64,000 bases of DNA from Neocallimastix sp. 'constans' (Eukaryota): NCBI GenBank assembly GCA_050613775.1, contig JBODTK010000001.1, positions 992,001 to 1,056,000 on the forward strand, given 5' to 3'. Positions within the stretch are counted from its first letter, which is position 1. The number at the start of each line of letters is the position of its first letter. A model generated the notes under the pieces. It was not told where the DNA came from. It ran no database searches and saw nothing but the letters and a program-made list of their open reading frames with translations. Position numbers and translations under genes: made by a program. This document shows positions 1 through 15,739 of the stretch, in pieces.

Positions 1-899
1 AAATAAAAATAAAAATAATACGCTTTATTTAAAAATATTATTAATTTGATTATATATTATTATATTAATGAAAAGCTGTTATTGTTGTTTTTCTGACAGA
101 TTATAACATGTTTTTGAATATTTATATTAAGTAAAAGTAATTTTAATCTTTTTTTTTTTTTTTAGCCATAAAAAATGATAATTTTAATATAATTCTGGGG
201 AAATAAATTTTATTTATAACTAGATATAATAATGAATATATTAATAGTTATTTGAGTAATAATGAAAGACTCAGTTCCAATATATTTAAATACAATTAAT
301 ATACCAATTTTATTCATTTCTTAATTAATAATTTAAATTATATATATAATATGTTTTTAAAATATATATATATTTTTGTAACTCATTAAAATTTTTTTAA
401 TATCCACTCTATCATTAATCAAATTTATAATAGAGTTTATATATAAAAAAAAGTATTTACATATTTTAAAGGTAAATAAAATCAATAAAATCTAAAATGA
501 TAGATTTTTTTTAGAATAAGATTAATATATTAAAAATATATATATATATATTTGTTTAGCATATTATTATCCATGAAATATTTTGATTATTTTATATTTA
601 TATTATATTTTAAGAAGAAATATTGAAAACTTTTTAATACATATAACATAATATATATTATTCTGAATATAAAAAAAAATAAAATAAAATAAAATAAAAT
701 AAATAAGCATACATTATTATATTATATAATTTTTAAATAATTAAAAAAAGGAAATTATAAAAATTAATAGTAATACTATTTATTCTTATTTAATTTATAT
801 ATATAAATATATAAATTTACATTTAAATTATTTAATATTTTATAATTAATTAAAGCCAATGTAATATTCTTCATATATTTCAATTTAATCAAATAAAAT

Positions 900-2030
900 A
901 ACTTAGTCAATTCCATGTCCTGGAATTGATTAGGGTTAGGACATGAAATTCTCGGATTTTGAAAAGCTCTTCGATACTGTATACCGATAAACAATGGAAT
1001 TACAATGTTCAGAATTCTTCTTCAATTAATACTCTTCTTATGAATCAACTGATCTAAGAGGATCTTTCAAAACGTCCCAATGACAATGATAGTTTGGATA
1101 ATTTAACAAAGGAAAATGAGGATATTTGACAAAAATATAAACGAGTAATGAAGAATGCCAAAGCCAACATTCTCTCAATAAAAATAATGAAATTAGCCAA
1201 TAAATACGATGAAATTAAACTTGATTCTAAGCAAGAAGTCATTGATGTATTCATAAATTTTATCCATTCAAAATACGAAGAATTCCATATGTCAAATATG
1301 AATAGTAGTGAAATAGTCATTACCGCCTTCCAAAATATTTCTTTAGATATTTATTCATATGAATGTTTTAGGATTTTTGGTCATAATAATTCGAGTGAAT
1401 CTAGTAAAAATATATATTATGATGATATAAATTCCACCGAAAGAAAAGGGAAATTAAATTATCCTAAGTTACTATTCTCATGAAGACATCTTGTGAAATG
1501 AATTTAACTTGCTTGAAAATATAGAAATGTTCTTCTATCTTAGTAACTACTCTATAAAGAGACAAAACATATTGCTAAAAAATTTTAATGAGTGTTGACA
1601 TTTAACCAAATATCGCAATAAGATTTTTTATAAATTGAGTTGTGTATACGTTGTAAGTTAAATATCCTGGTTGCTCTCTGCTGCTTCTCTTCTAAAATTT
1701 TTATGAACATTCAACTGGGATCCTTCTGTTCGTAGTTACGTCTTGGATATTATCAAAGTCACCCTTCAAAGTAATAATTCTTCCATGATCTTCTTTATTC
1801 ATTTTATGGGAGAAGTAGAACTCCTAAGTAATTGTATTAATATTATGGTGAAAGATTATATCAAATGTATTGATACTCCGGAACATATAAAGATGAAATA
1901 TGGTAATATGTACATTTTTGATGTTCATACAAACAATAGGCAGGACATTAGAATGAATTCCTCAAGTCCTACAAAATATATATCAAATGAATTGATAATA
2001 AAAATTATAAAATTAAATGTCAAAAATTAA
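900..2030. pseudogene. Degenerate coding-like remnant of unknown origin (possibly decayed transposable element)
   Basis: GC content above the flanks and only short broken ORFs on both strands; no recognisable motif. Confidence 0.25.
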
Positions 2031-2324
2031 ATATTAATAAATTATAATAATAAATAATTAGAATATAGAGTATTTAATAAATATAATAATAAATAAATGT
2101 AATAATAAATAATAAATAATATAAAAAAAAGAATAATAATTATTACTATTTAAAAAAGGAGAATTATTGCTAATTCAATATTATATAATTTTTGTTAAGC
2201 TAATATTATTTTTTTTTATCATTTTATAAATATTACATTAAGAAATATATAATAATATTAATCCAATTAATAACTAATATTTTTTTTATAAAAAATCTTT
2301 ATTAATAAATAAATATTTAAAATT

Positions 2325-2365
<41 letters not shown>

Positions 2366-2639
2366 AATCTATTAAAATTGAAAAATAAACTATTAAAGGA
2401 TTAGAAATATAATAAAATAGTATATATTATATTATGTATTTAATAAAATTATTAATTAATAAAATAATATATATAATATATATTATACTTACAATTATAA
2501 TAATTCTACTTTATTATTAAAATTAAATTATAATTAGAGATAATAGCTATTAACTAAGATTGATTTATATATATTTAATATACCTAATTAATAATAATAT
2601 TTTTATGGATAATTACAATTATTGATATGATTTTTATTT

Positions 2640-2920
2640 ATCTACTATTTATTTATTTATTATTATTTATTTATTATTTATTATTTATTATTTATTATTT
2701 ATTATTTATTATTTATTATTTATTATTTATTATTTATTATTTATTATTTATTATTTTATTATTTATTATTTATTATTTATTATTTATTATTTATTATTTA
2801 TTATTTATTATTTATTATTTATTATTTATTATTATTTATTATTATTTATTATTTATTTTTTATTATTATTTATTATTTATTATTTATTATTTATTATTTA
2901 TTATTATTTATTATATTAAA
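2640..2920. repeat. (TTATTTA)n-type low-complexity repeat
   Basis: Direct reading; gives the spurious YYLLFII ORF. Confidence 0.9.
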
Positions 2921-4343
2921 TAGGAATTTTTTACGAAATTAAAATTAAATTTACTCTTTTATTTATAAAATATTTTTATTTAATTTTCAAATTTAGGAAT
3001 AAATATTATTGGTTAATAATAAATATATTAATAAAATATTTTTACAAATTAAGTAAATAATGTTAGTTTTAATGGATAAATTATATTGTACATTTTTTAT
3101 ATTGAATAAATCCTTTAATTAAAAAAAAGTTGGATGATATTATATTAATTAATGATAAATTTTTTTCACACATTTAACCACTTTCTTAACTTTTATTCTT
3201 CAAAATAAATATTAATAATTAGTTTATTTATTTAACATATAAAATAAGATAATATTATTTTAATATATAATTATTTTTAAATATCCTCTATATTTATTAT
3301 GGAAAGTGCTAAATAAAAAAGAAATAATAAAATAAATAAATAAATAAATAATTTTTTAGTAATTTTGAGTAAATTTTAAGTAAATATGAAATAATATATA
3401 TATATTTAGTTTATTTCAAATTGCTTTTAAGAATGTTTATATTATTAATGATTAAGTATGATTAGATTTTAACTGATTTTTTTTGGTTTTGTATTAAATC
3501 CATTATATATATATATATTTTTTAATCATTAATTTTGAATGAAAATATATTGTTTCTCCAAAATAAAATGTAAAAATTATAAACAAAATAATATGGCATT
3601 TTATTTTGGAATATATTTTAATTTTGAATTAAAATATATTTATTTTTTATTATATAATCAATAAACATATCTTTTGATTATTTTCATTGATTTAAAGTAA
3701 TGTTTTTCAGGTTAATTAATTTATTTCCTTTATTTATATACATATCTTTTTTTTTTTTTTTTTTTTTTTTAATTTTTGCTTATTTTTATTATAACGGAAT
3801 ATAAAAAATTAAAGTTTTTAATAAACACTTGTTATTTATCCTACAGTACAAATTTTATCAGTAGTAAAAAAAAATTTTTAAATGGGAAATATATATTTTA
3901 TTTAAAGGATTTTTTTACGAAACTAATAAATATAATATAAAAAATTCTAAAAGTATTTAATTATTTTAATTATAATATATATATAATATATTATTATAAC
4001 TATACATCTTTATATTATAATGAATTTTATTTTTTTAATAAAACTTAAATTTTTTTTAAAAAATTTTCGTGTAACCAATAATAATTAATAAAAATTTTAA
4101 AAATTTTAAAATTTGTTTAAAGTATATAAAGACCAAAAAAAATTTATTTTTTTTTTATTCATCATCAAAATAAATAAATATATTTTAAAATATTAATTAA
4201 AATTAATAATTAAAAAAAGTAATTTTTAAAATCATAAAGAATTTATTTTTATTAATAATAATTCTTTATATATACCATTTTATAAATAATTCTTTTTCTA
4301 TATAACATTTAATAATAAAATAGTTTATTAAAAAAAAATTAAA

Positions 4344-6773
4344 ATGGAAAGCTTAACTTTATGTGAAGTAAATAACGCTATTGCTAAATCAGTTTCAGTT
4401 AATGCTGTTGCTGCTACTAAGATTTCTGGTATTAGAATCGGTAAATCTTCTCGTGGTTTCCATACCACTCCAATGACCACTAGTGGTCTTAAGACTTCTA
4501 AGAAGTCTTCCTTCCCATGTGTCCAAACTAAAACATATGCTACTCAAGCACCAAGTATCACTAAGGATGCTGCTGCCAAGAGCGAAATCGATGTTGAAGG
4601 TTGGATTAAGAAACATTACACACCATATGAAGGTGATGGTTCTTTCCTTGCTGGTCCAACTGAAAAGACTAAAAAACTTTTTGCAAAGGCCGAAGAATAC
4701 TTAGCCAAGGAACGTGCTAATGGTGGTTTATATGATGTTGATCCACATACTCCATCTACTATTACTTCTCACAAACCAGGTTACCTTGATAAAGAAAATG
4801 AAGTTATCTTCGGTTATCAAACTGATGTTCCACTTAAGAGAGCTATTAAACCATTTGGTGGTGTTAACATGGTCAAGAATGCACTTAAGGCTGTTAATGT
4901 TCCAATGGATAAGGAAGTTGAACACATTTTCTCCGACTACCGTAAGACTCATAATACAGCAGTCTTTGATATTTACTCAAAGGAAATGAGAGCCGGACGT
5001 TCTAATGCTATCATGACTGGTTTACCAGATGGTTATGGTCGTGGTCGTATCATTGGTGATTACCGTCGTGTTGCTCTTTATGGTACTGACCGTCTTATTG
5101 CTCAAAAGGAAAAAGATAAGGCCGAACTTCAAAAGAAACAAATGGATGAACCAACCATGAAATTAATTGGAGAAGTTGCTGATCAAGTTAAAGCTCTTAA
5201 ACAACTTACTCAAATGGCCAAATCATATGGTATTGATATTTCTAAGCCAGCTAAGAATGCCAAAGAAGCTACTCAATTTGTTTACTTTGGTTATTTAGGT
5301 TCTATTAAGGAACAAGATGGAGCAGCCATGTCCCTTGGTCGTGTTGATGCCTTCCTCGATTGTTTCTTCGAAAATGATTTAAAGAATGGAGTTATCACTG
5401 AATCTGAAGCTCAAGAAATTATAGATAATCTTATCTTAAAGTTACGTTTCGCTCGTCATTTACGTACCCCAGAATATAATGATTTATTTGCTGGTGATCC
5501 AACTTGGGTAACTATGTCTCTTGGTGGTATGGGAAGTGATGGTCGTACTTTAGTCACAAAGACTTCCTTCCGTGTTCTTAATACTCTTTACAACTTAGGT
5601 CCAGCTCCAGAACCAAACATCACTGTCCTCTGGAACAAAGCTCTTCCAAAGAATTTCAAAGATTTCGCCACCAAGGTTTCTATTGATACATCATCTATTC
5701 AATATGAATCTGATGCTCTTATGTCTGCAAGATTCGGAGATGATTATGGAATTGCTTGCTGTGTCTCAGCCATGAGAATTGGTAAAGATATGCAATTCTT
5801 TGGTGCTCGTTGTAATCTTGCTAAGCTTATGCTTTATGTCCTTAATCATGGTAAGGATGAAAGAACTGGTAAACAAGTTGGACCAGATTTCGGACCAGTT
5901 CCAGAAGGACCAATTCCATTCGATTGGATGTGGGAAACTTATGATAAGGCTATGGATTGGATTGCCAAGCTTTACGTTAATACCATGAATGTTATTCACT
6001 TTTGTCATGATCAATACTGTTATGAATCTCTTCAAATGGCTCTCCATGATACCGATGTTCGTCGTCTTATGGCATTTGGTGTTGCAGGACTTTCAGTTGT
6101 TGCTGATTCTTTCTCAGCTATTAAATATGCCAAGGTTACACCAATTCGTGATCCAAAGACCGGTTTAACTGTTGACTTCAAAGTTGAAGGAGATTTCCCA
6201 AAATTCGGTAATGATGATGATCGTGTTGATTTCTTCGCTAAAACTGTTACTGATAAGCTTATTAACAAATTAAGAAAAACACCAACATACCGTGGTGCTA
6301 CTCACACTCTTTCTATTCTTACTATTACTTCTAATGTTGTATATGGTAAGAAGACAGGATCTACTCCAGATGGTCGTAAAGCTGGTCAACCATTTGCACC
6401 AGGTTGTAATCCAATGCATGGTCGTGAATTCTCTGGTGCCGTTGCTTCTCTTTCCTCTGTCGCTAAAGTTAACTACGATTCTTGTATGGATGGTATTTCT
6501 AATACTTTCTCTATTGTTCCAAACACCATTGGTAAAACTTTACAAGAACGTCAAGGTAATCTTTCAGGTTTATTAGATGGTTACTTCACCAAGGGAGCTC
6601 ACCATCTTAATGTTAATGTTCTTAAACGTGAAACCTTAGAAGATGCTATGGCTCATCCAGAAAACTATCCAAACCTTACTATTCGTGTTTCAGGATATGC
6701 TGTCAACTTTGTTAAATTAACTCCAGCTCAACAAAAGGAAGTTATTGCTCGTACCTTCCATGAAAAAATGTAA
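4344..6773 (+). CDS. pflB: Pyruvate formate-lyase (formate C-acetyltransferase), probably hydrogenosomal precursor
   Basis: 809-aa intronless ORF with [29 protein letters not shown], catalytic IACCVS and glycyl-radical IRVSGYAV motifs; ~65-aa S/K/R-rich N-terminal extension; strong codon bias. Confidence 0.97.
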   Translation: MESLTLCEVNNAIAKSVSVNAVAATKISGIRIGKSSRGFHTTPMTTSGLKTSKKSSFPCVQTKTYATQAPSITKDAAAKSEIDVEGWIKKHYTPYEGDGSFLAGPTEKTKKLFAKAEEYLAKERANGGLYDVDPHTPSTITSHKPGYLDKENEVIFGYQTDVPLKRAIKPFGGVNMVKNALKAVNVPMDKEVEHIFSDYRKTHNTAVFDIYSKEMRAGRSNAIMTGLPDGYGRGRIIGDYRRVALYGTDRLIAQKEKDKAELQKKQMDEPTMKLIGEVADQVKALKQLTQMAKSYGIDISKPAKNAKEATQFVYFGYLGSIKEQDGAAMSLGRVDAFLDCFFENDLKNGVITESEAQEIIDNLILKLRFARHLRTPEYNDLFAGDPTWVTMSLGGMGSDGRTLVTKTSFRVLNTLYNLGPAPEPNITVLWNKALPKNFKDFATKVSIDTSSIQYESDALMSARFGDDYGIACCVSAMRIGKDMQFFGARCNLAKLMLYVLNHGKDERTGKQVGPDFGPVPEGPIPFDWMWETYDKAMDWIAKLYVNTMNVIHFCHDQYCYESLQMALHDTDVRRLMAFGVAGLSVVADSFSAIKYAKVTPIRDPKTGLTVDFKVEGDFPKFGNDDDRVDFFAKTVTDKLINKLRKTPTYRGATHTLSILTITSNVVYGKKTGSTPDGRKAGQPFAPGCNPMHGREFSGAVASLSSVAKVNYDSCMDGISNTFSIVPNTIGKTLQERQGNLSGLLDGYFTKGAHHLNVNVLKRETLEDAMAHPENYPNLTIRVSGYAVNFVKLTPAQQKEVIARTFHEKM

Positions 6774-6978
6774 ATAAAATAACATTGAATAAAATAAAAT
6801 AAAAGGCTTAAAAAGATTTATTCAGTTTAATGAATTTTTTTTTTATTTAAGCCTAGCCAACCCATATCAACTCAAATAAATGAGTAAATTTTTTTTATTA
6901 AAAAAAAAATATTTATATATAAAAATTATAACTATAAATAATAACATAGTAAATTTTAAAAACATAAATATATATATA

Positions 6979-7011
<33 letters not shown>

Positions 7012-7765
7012 CGAAAAATCTGTTTTTATTTTTTTTGAATATCAAATAAATAATTGGTATTATAAAATAATAATAATAAATCTATTATTTTTTTTTATTA
7101 AATAAACATTCTTATCTATATGTAAAGAAAAGAATTGTTTATGATTTTTAATAATACATGTATTTATAAAAAAAAAAAAAAATTTCTAATAAAATTAAAT
7201 AAAAGTAATAATATAAATATAAATAATGTAATAATAATAATAATAATAAAAACAATCTAATATTGATCATAATTCTTTATTTGAATTTTAATAATGTGTT
7301 TTTTAATTAATAAATATTTTCGTTTGTTATTTGTTGAATATACTTATGTCAAATGTATTGTTCAAATAAAAAATATTATTCAATTAATTATTAATTTATA
7401 TTTATTGATAAAAGTATTTTGTAAAATTATATATACATAAAAAGAAAGTATATAAAATGTATATATATGAAAATGTAAAAATATAATATTAAAAGGAAAA
7501 AATAAAATAAAAATTTTGAAAGAATATTGAAAAATATCTCAACTATTTATACCTCATTAATAACATGCAATAAAAATATTATATAAATGTTATATAGTAG
7601 AAGTCAATAAAATAATGAGAAAATGATATAAAATTTTTATGTAATAACAACAAAAACAACAATAATGTTTAAAATAATAAAAATAACAAAATTTAATTTT
7701 TTTTTTGTTAGTAAATAAATGATATTTATTCAAAACAATTAAGATATATGACAAAATATAAGATG

Positions 7766-7798
<33 letters not shown>

Positions 7799-8063
7799 AT
7801 AAAGAGAACTTATGAAGATATAATGAAAATTCTAAAGTAATTATAGTTTAATGATTGGGTATAAATTCATTTTTATCAAAGATACTTAATAAAAAACAAA
7901 TGAGTAAATAACAAAACAATATAGTATTTATTTTGAAATAAAATTTATTAAATAATTGGTGTCGTTAGTTTTATAATATAATTTTGAAAAAATATAAATT
8001 AATGAATTTAAATTAAATAAATGTTTATTATTTATAAAAAAAAGTTATTTAAATATATTAATC

Positions 8064-8097
<34 letters not shown>

Positions 8098-8098
8098 C

Positions 8099-8132
<34 letters not shown>

Positions 8133-8133
8133 C

Positions 8134-8188
<55 letters not shown>

Positions 8189-8189
8189 C

Positions 8190-8253
<64 letters not shown>

Positions 8254-8320
8254 CTTTTATTATTATTATTATTATTATTATTTTATAAAATTTATATAAT
8301 TTTATTTTAAAATTTATTAT

Positions 8321-8384
<64 letters not shown>

Positions 8385-8439
8385 ATTTTGAATTTATTAC
8401 TCTGAATTTATTTGTTTAATTTCAGTTATTTTTTTCAGT

Positions 8440-8610
8440 ATTTTCTTCTTCAGCTATAGCACAATAATTAATTCTTCAGCAGAGCCAGTAGAGTGAATAA
8501 AGTTTCTAAGAAAAATAATTTGATGACAAGCAGAACCAACCTGAAAAAAGAAATGGAATTCAATATCAATGCATTTATGTAGTATATCAGATTGTTATTG
8601 AAGGCAAATA
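8440..8610 (-). pseudogene. Possible decayed copia RNase H fragments
   Basis: Minus-strand pieces HKCIDIEFHF and STGSAEE..NYCAIAE resemble KHIDIKYH and SSAESEYY..E, but are broken and out of order. Confidence 0.25.
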
Positions 8611-10431
8611 TATATTAATTATTAGTTATTACTTTTTTAAATTAAATATGAATATGAATTTATATATAATTATATCTTATGTATACAGTTTGAAATAATA
8701 TAAATGATTTTTATAGTTTGTCTTTAAACTAATATATAAATAACATTTTTAACTAAAAGATAAGAGTTTAAAATTTAAGCTAATAAGTTAAAAATTCACA
8801 ATAACTAATAAAAAATAATAATAAATTATATTGTTATTATTATAATATTACTATAAAAAAAGTAATTGAATATGATATAATTAATTCATATTATATTCAA
8901 TTATGGTATGTATTCATTTTTATTTATTGTATTTAATTATATATAGAATAATCCAAAATTTTAATTTTAATAATGAATTAATTTAAACATTTCTATTGAA
9001 TTTAATATTTATTTATAATTTCCATATTGCTAAAGTTGAATTACAAAATATAATTATAGTAGAATCGGGAAAGAAGACTCTCTCAAAGGTAATTGAAAAA
9101 CATTATTAATAAATTGTCTTTTTTTACCCGGCCGATCTTTATGATTTCATGTATTTCATTTCCACCAAGAAGGAGACACAGTGCGTAAAAATTAATACCA
9201 CCATCAAAATCTTCCTCTTATTATTTAATAATAATTAATAACAAATAACTCTTTAATAATAATTCAATAACAATTTAATATTAATACATTTTATACTTTT
9301 AATAATAATCCAATAATAATTTGATAAGATAGTTTAATGGTTAATATATTAAAATATATATATATATTATAAAAAATAAAAGAGATATTAAAAAAAAAAA
9401 TTGGTTGTACAATTAATATTCTATTTCAGTGTTCAAAGTATCATTAAGAAAATATATATATATATATATATATTAAAAAAGACATTAAAATTAAAAAAAG
9501 AATTGGTTGTTCAATTAATATTTTATTTCAGTATTCAAAGCATCATTATAGTTATTTATAAAAAGAAAAATAATATAAAAATTTTCATTTTAACTTCAAA
9601 GTTTATTATATATGTTCAGAGTGACCCATTCTACAAAATATTTTGAGGATATATTTAAAATAACTACTTTTTGATATAATGTCTCTGTACCACCGTATTA
9701 TATATATTATATCTATCTAATATTTATTAACAACTAATAAATTATTTAATCAATTTAGAAAATTTAATCACATTATTTACATCAAATACAAAACAAATTA
9801 TTTTTTTTGTCTTAATTAGGAGTAAATTTATCTTTAACTTCATCAATAGAATCAGATGTAATATTTTAATTATTTTTTATTTAATAATTAATTAATTTTT
9901 TTTTCTCTATTTAAATATTTATTTTAAATAAAGTAATTATTCTTTTTATTTTAATTAATTAGTTATTAAATTACATTATTATTAAGATAAAAAAAATTAT
10001 ATTAAACTACATTGCTTATTAAAAGCATCACACCATCAAGTTTTGTTACAACATTGATTAATTCAACATGAATACCCATTTTTATTTTTCATGAGTTATC
10101 TTCATAAGCCATTTTAAAAAAAATCTAAGAATCTGAAAAAATATGACATAAAAGATTCATTATCAAATATATTTTCAATTATCTCTTTTAATATTTTTCA
10201 AATTCTTTTTTCAATGGTAGTTATTAGACATAATAATAATAAAATTATAAAATAAAAATAAGAAAGATATATACAATATGTATTTAAAAATTATTTATTT
10301 TCATTTTTGTATTACATATTATAATAATCCTTGTTTTAATCATTATGTAAAAACTAAAGTATTTCCATAATAAAAAACTTATTTATTAAAATAAAATTAA
10401 GCAAAACAAGTTTTTTATTATTATTTATGTA

Positions 10432-10470
<39 letters not shown>

Positions 10471-11564
10471 TATTATTATTATTATTTATTATTATTTATT
10501 ATTATTTATTATTATTTATTATTATTATTTATTATTATTATTATTATTTATTTAATTATTGTTATTATTAGATTAGTATTATTATTGTAATTATTTTATT
10601 AATTATTTTATTATTGTTGTTAATTCTTATTATTATCATTTATTATTGTTTATTAAAATGAAAAATTAATTTATGAAAAACTTTTTTAATCCTTTTTAGG
10701 TTTAATTAAATATCTTTTGAGTACAATTTGAAAAATAAAATGGTTAAAATTTAATTAAAATATTAAATATAATCTTAAATACATTTAAATCGCAAATGAG
10801 GCATTTCTCAATATGACATTTTATTATAAATAATAATAAGTAAAAAATAAAATATTATTAAATATTTATTTTTTTATAATTGTATAATAATTGTGGCTTT
10901 AATTTAAAATGTAGACACGCCCACATTTTGAAATGAAATTACTCCTGTGGATCACATTCCTTTTAAATATTCATGTATTATGTATTAATATATTTTTTTG
11001 TTATTTTAAAAAAAATATAAAAAATATTAAAAAACATAAAAATTTTTTTTATAGAAAAAGATTATATATAATAATATATATATATATATAAAAAAAAGGT
11101 ATATACTATGTTTTGGACAAAGAGAAATATTTTAAAATTATTATGAAAATGGATATAATAATTCATAGGTAATTAATAGATATAGATGAAAATAGTCTTT
11201 TCTCAATTTTTATTTGGTTAAAGAGTAAATGTTACTAAAAAATTGAATTTAATGAGCAAGCTGTATCAACGAAAATTACTACAAACGAAATAACTCGAAA
11301 AAATAATATCGTTAAAAAATAATTACATTATAAAAAATTATTTTAACAATTTGGGTAATTTTTATGCCTTCTTGAATAGAGAAGGAGGACAATATTATTA
11401 TTCAATTCAAATATAAATTTTTATAAATACATTTAAATTTCATATTACTTTATAAAAGAATTTTTTCAATACTTATCGACAAAACAAAGAAAAAAAAAAT
11501 ATTTAGAAAAATTTATTTTTTCAATTCATATTAATGTAATAATTTTAAAATTAGCAATATTAAT

Positions 11565-11639
<75 letters not shown>

Positions 11640-11699
11640 CTTTTAATTGAAAAAATATTAATAATTTTCAAGAGAAAAAAAGAATTGAAAATATAGAAA

Positions 11700-12010
11700 A
11701 TTTTTTTAGTCGAAGATGTTAAAGCCAATATAAGGGAAATAGTAATGATGGTATCCTTTTTGTATAAGCGATAAAGGATATGTAAATATTGTTGTAGTCA
11801 ATAAAGGAAATACTAATGATGATATTCTTTTAGTATTAACTGTGAATAAAATGAAAATATTGTAAAATCTTTTATTGAAAAATAAGAAAATATCGATAAA
11901 GAAAATGAATATGGAACTACTCATTTACTAAAATGTTTGTATTGATGACAATAAAGCTATTTTTAAATTTTTAATTGAAGGCGATATAGACGTTAATGAA
12001 AAAAAAAATA
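11700..12010 (+). pseudogene. Ankyrin-repeat gene remnant
   Basis: Frame-broken pieces ENIVKSFIEN, IDKENEYGTTHL and DNKAIFKFLIEGDIDVNEK resemble the ankyrin consensus. Confidence 0.45.
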
Positions 12011-13532
12011 AAGAAGAGTGTATTTTTTTTTTTTTTTTTTTTTTTTTGTAATTTTAAATTTATAATATGTATTCAAGTTATTCAAGTACAAATTTTTTTT
12101 TTCCTTGGATAAAAAGGAATAACAGCTACAAGATGAACATAAATTTATTTTCTTTTATTTTAATTATAAAAATATTTTATTTCATTTTATTAAATATTAA
12201 ATCTTTTATATTTAATATTTAGTATTTCTAATATTTTATTTTATTATATTTTATTTTAATTTCCTTTTAACATTTAATTATAAAAGAGTTTTTTTTTTTT
12301 TGTTGTTGTTTTGAAAAATTTTTTACTTTTTTAATTTTAATATTTGATATTTGATTATTATTGGACAATTCACCAATCCATAATCAATATTACTACATTA
12401 AATATAATTTTAAATTGTGCTGGATCTATTTAAAAAATTTTTCTTTGTCATATAAAATGAACAGACTTGACATAAGTATTAAGATTTTTTTAATTAAAAT
12501 AAGTGATTGATAATCATTCCCATATTAAATTTTATAATAAATAGAATTTTTTTTTTTTTTTTTACACTTTTTTTATTATGATGTAAAATAGTATTTAAAA
12601 TGTTTTATTTCATTTGATACATACAATTAACTATTATTCCTATTATTGATAATATAATAATAATACGAATAAATCAATTTTATATATTAATAATATGATT
12701 TAACCTTTTTTATATAATAATAAATGAATTAGTTTTAACCCTATAATAAAAAAAGATGGATATAGATAAATAATAAAAATAATAATACAAAAATAATATA
12801 TTATATAAATTACAGTAATGTATAAATTTTACTACATATTACAAAAACCAATAATAATTAAATCATTAGTAAGAATTTATTTTTCATAGAGTATTAATAC
12901 ATAAAAAATTTTGGAAATTTTGTATTATAACTAATAATTATTAATTTCAAAGGTTATTTTTATTAATACTATTAATTTTATGATACACCTCTTAATGAAA
13001 GTATACTCTCTTTTCTTCTCAAACTATTTTATTATTCTACATAAATATAATAGTATATTATTAACTTTTTTTTATATTATTCTACATTAATGAATTAATA
13101 ATAATATATTAATATGATAGATTATCTTTTTTTTTTTTTTAATAATGGATAATTAAACAGTTTTATCATTTTATCTTAATAATGTATATATTTTTTATAT
13201 ATATATATTATATTCTTTATTTATGTATATTACATCTTCTTATTTATATATATTAGATTATATTTTATATAATTTAAATTATATTTTCATTTTATTATGA
13301 ATTAAAATTTTTTTGTTATATTTAAATTTTTTTTAATTTATGATAAACCTGTAAGGTTACACGATCAATGAAAGTTGGCTTAACAAGTTTTTTTTTTTTG
13401 TTTCATAATAACTATAAAAATAAGATAAAAGTGCTCAATCGACCATTTTTTTTCTTTTTTATTCTCTATCGATAAAGAAAATATAAAATTATATAATAAG
13501 ATAATTTAAGTAAAAAAAAAAAAAAAAAAAAG

Positions 13533-14448
13533 ATGGCTTTATGTAGTAAGTGTTGCTGCTGTTGTTGCTTATCAAAGAAAGCTTCAGCCAAAGTTTGTAC
13601 TTGGCTTTACATTGTAAGTTTTTTTTTTTTTTTTTATTATATTTATTGAGTGTAGATAATTGAAAAAATTCATATTAATAAAGAATCTCATAATATTAAA
13701 TAATAGCTTTACATTGCCATAAATATTGGTTACAACTTTTTAAGAAATGGTTATCAAGATACTGTTACCATTATCTCTTCTATTCTTCAAGGTTTAATTA
13801 TTTTCTCACTTATTGTTTTACTTATTGGTTTTAAAACTGTAAGTTTAGAAAAAAAATATTTATACATATTAATATAATATAAAATATTTGAACTTTTTTA
13901 TTCTATAATAAAAATTTAAAAAGAAAAAAAAAATATGTACATATATATAATTAATATAAAATAATAATAAAAATAATTCATACAATAGCTTAACAGACCA
14001 TGTTTAAAGCAATTTAAATGGATTTTTGGTGCCTATGTTATTGTACAATTAATTATGAATGTTGTTATTATTACTATATATTCTATTCTTTACAAAAATT
14101 CAACTAATAAAAGTGTTATTGAAGAATACAGAAAGAAATTGGAAATAATAAACTTAACTGATAATCAAATTATTAATACTATCAGAACTTTAGCAATTTC
14201 AGCTATTGTTGGTGTTTGTTTATTCATTATTCTTACTGTAAGTATTATTTCATTTATCTCTATATAATATAGTAATGAAATGAATAATATTTATTAATTA
14301 TATACATGTATTATACATACTTTATCATTTTTTTTTAAAAAAATAATAGCTTACTTACTACTTCACTACCCGTAGTTATGTCAATGAACTTGTTGGTGAA
14401 ATTTCTGAATTAAATGAAACTAGAAAACAAGAAAGTGGTGAAAAATAA
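13533..14448 (+). CDS. Small four-transmembrane protein with N-terminal poly-Cys (MALCSKCCCCCCL); exons 13533-13613, 13707-13838, 13989-14237, 14350-14448
   Basis: Three GTAAGT..TAG phase-0 introns join into an open frame with four hydrophobic segments ending ESGEK*. Confidence 0.8.
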
Positions 14449-15688
14449 ATGCCATACTTAAATAAATTCTAATTAAAAAAAAAATAAAGAAAAAAAATGA
14501 AAAATATTATTTGCTAAAATAATGAAAATGATAAGACTTTTCAAATAATTATTATTTAAAGTACAAGACAAAAAAATTAAAAAAAAAAAAAAAAAAAAAA
14601 GACTTTTTCCTTTAATGGAAAGTAAAGTAAACTAATAGTAATATAAACTATAAAAAATACAATAATATAATAGTTGTTTATATTTATTGAATTAAAATTA
14701 TTATTAAAAAATTTCATCAAATACATAACATAATATATTAATAAATTATTAATAATGTAAAATAATATAATTATTTATTATCAATATTAATAAATTAAAA
14801 AAAAATTATTTATTAACATCAAAATAAGAGAATAATAATAATTGTGTTTTTATTATTTATTTAATCTAATTGTATTTTTTATATATTTTATTTAATCTAA
14901 TTGTATATTTATTAATAATTTAATCATTTTTCAAAGATATATAAGAGTATGGAATTATTTTGAAATATGATTAATTTTTTTGAATGATTAGACATAAATG
15001 AAAGAATATTATAGTGAAGACTCTAGTTATGTTTTATTTAAAAATAAAATTTACTTTTTTTTTTTTAAATATAAAATCTTTTTACTTTGTAACTTTTTTT
15101 TTTTTTTTCATCCTAATTTTAATAATTGAAGAAAAATTGTAAATTAAGTTCCTCCTTAAATAATTTTCAATGGCAACTCTCTCTTTTCCTTTTTTGGTAA
15201 AGAATCTTCTTTAGATTTTGATATAATAACACTTTTTTTCATATAAAAAAAAAAAAAAAAAACTCTTTTAGCATTTAATATTTTCATAGATTTTTGATAT
15301 AATCTACTACTACAAATGCTTCGGCTATTAGATTACATATTTGAAACTATTTATTATAATCCTCTAGTCATTAAAATTTAAAAACTTTTCGTTTGTCTGA
15401 ATTTGGAACAATTGAAAATGAAAACAAATAATTGTATTCTCTTTTGAAATTATTAATCAAACTAAATAACTTTTGGTGATGATATTTCATCATATCCTAC
15501 AAAAAAGTATATTCATCTATTTAATAAAGCACTGGAAGTGTATTCTTCTTCCTTGTCTAAAAAAAAAAAAAAAAAAAAAAAAAAGTATCCCACAACTTAA
15601 TATATATATTTATATCACAAATATAGATTTAATCCCACAATTTTCTACTAATGATAATAATACGAATAAAAAGAATTAAGAAAACTAC

Positions 15689-15728
<40 letters not shown>

Positions 15729-15739
15729 AGTATAGTTTA

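Noticed and set aside
929..941. TTAGGGTTAGG as a telomere repeat or telomerase template
   Set aside because: Under two units, inside a decayed coding-like block, with no supporting structure downstream on the minus strand.
4395..6576. Short alternative-frame and antisense ORFs within pflB
   Set aside because: Shadows of strong codon bias.
9380..9550. Two-copy ~95-bp tandem duplication
   Set aside because: Degenerate AT-rich local duplication; not CRISPR-like and no function evident.
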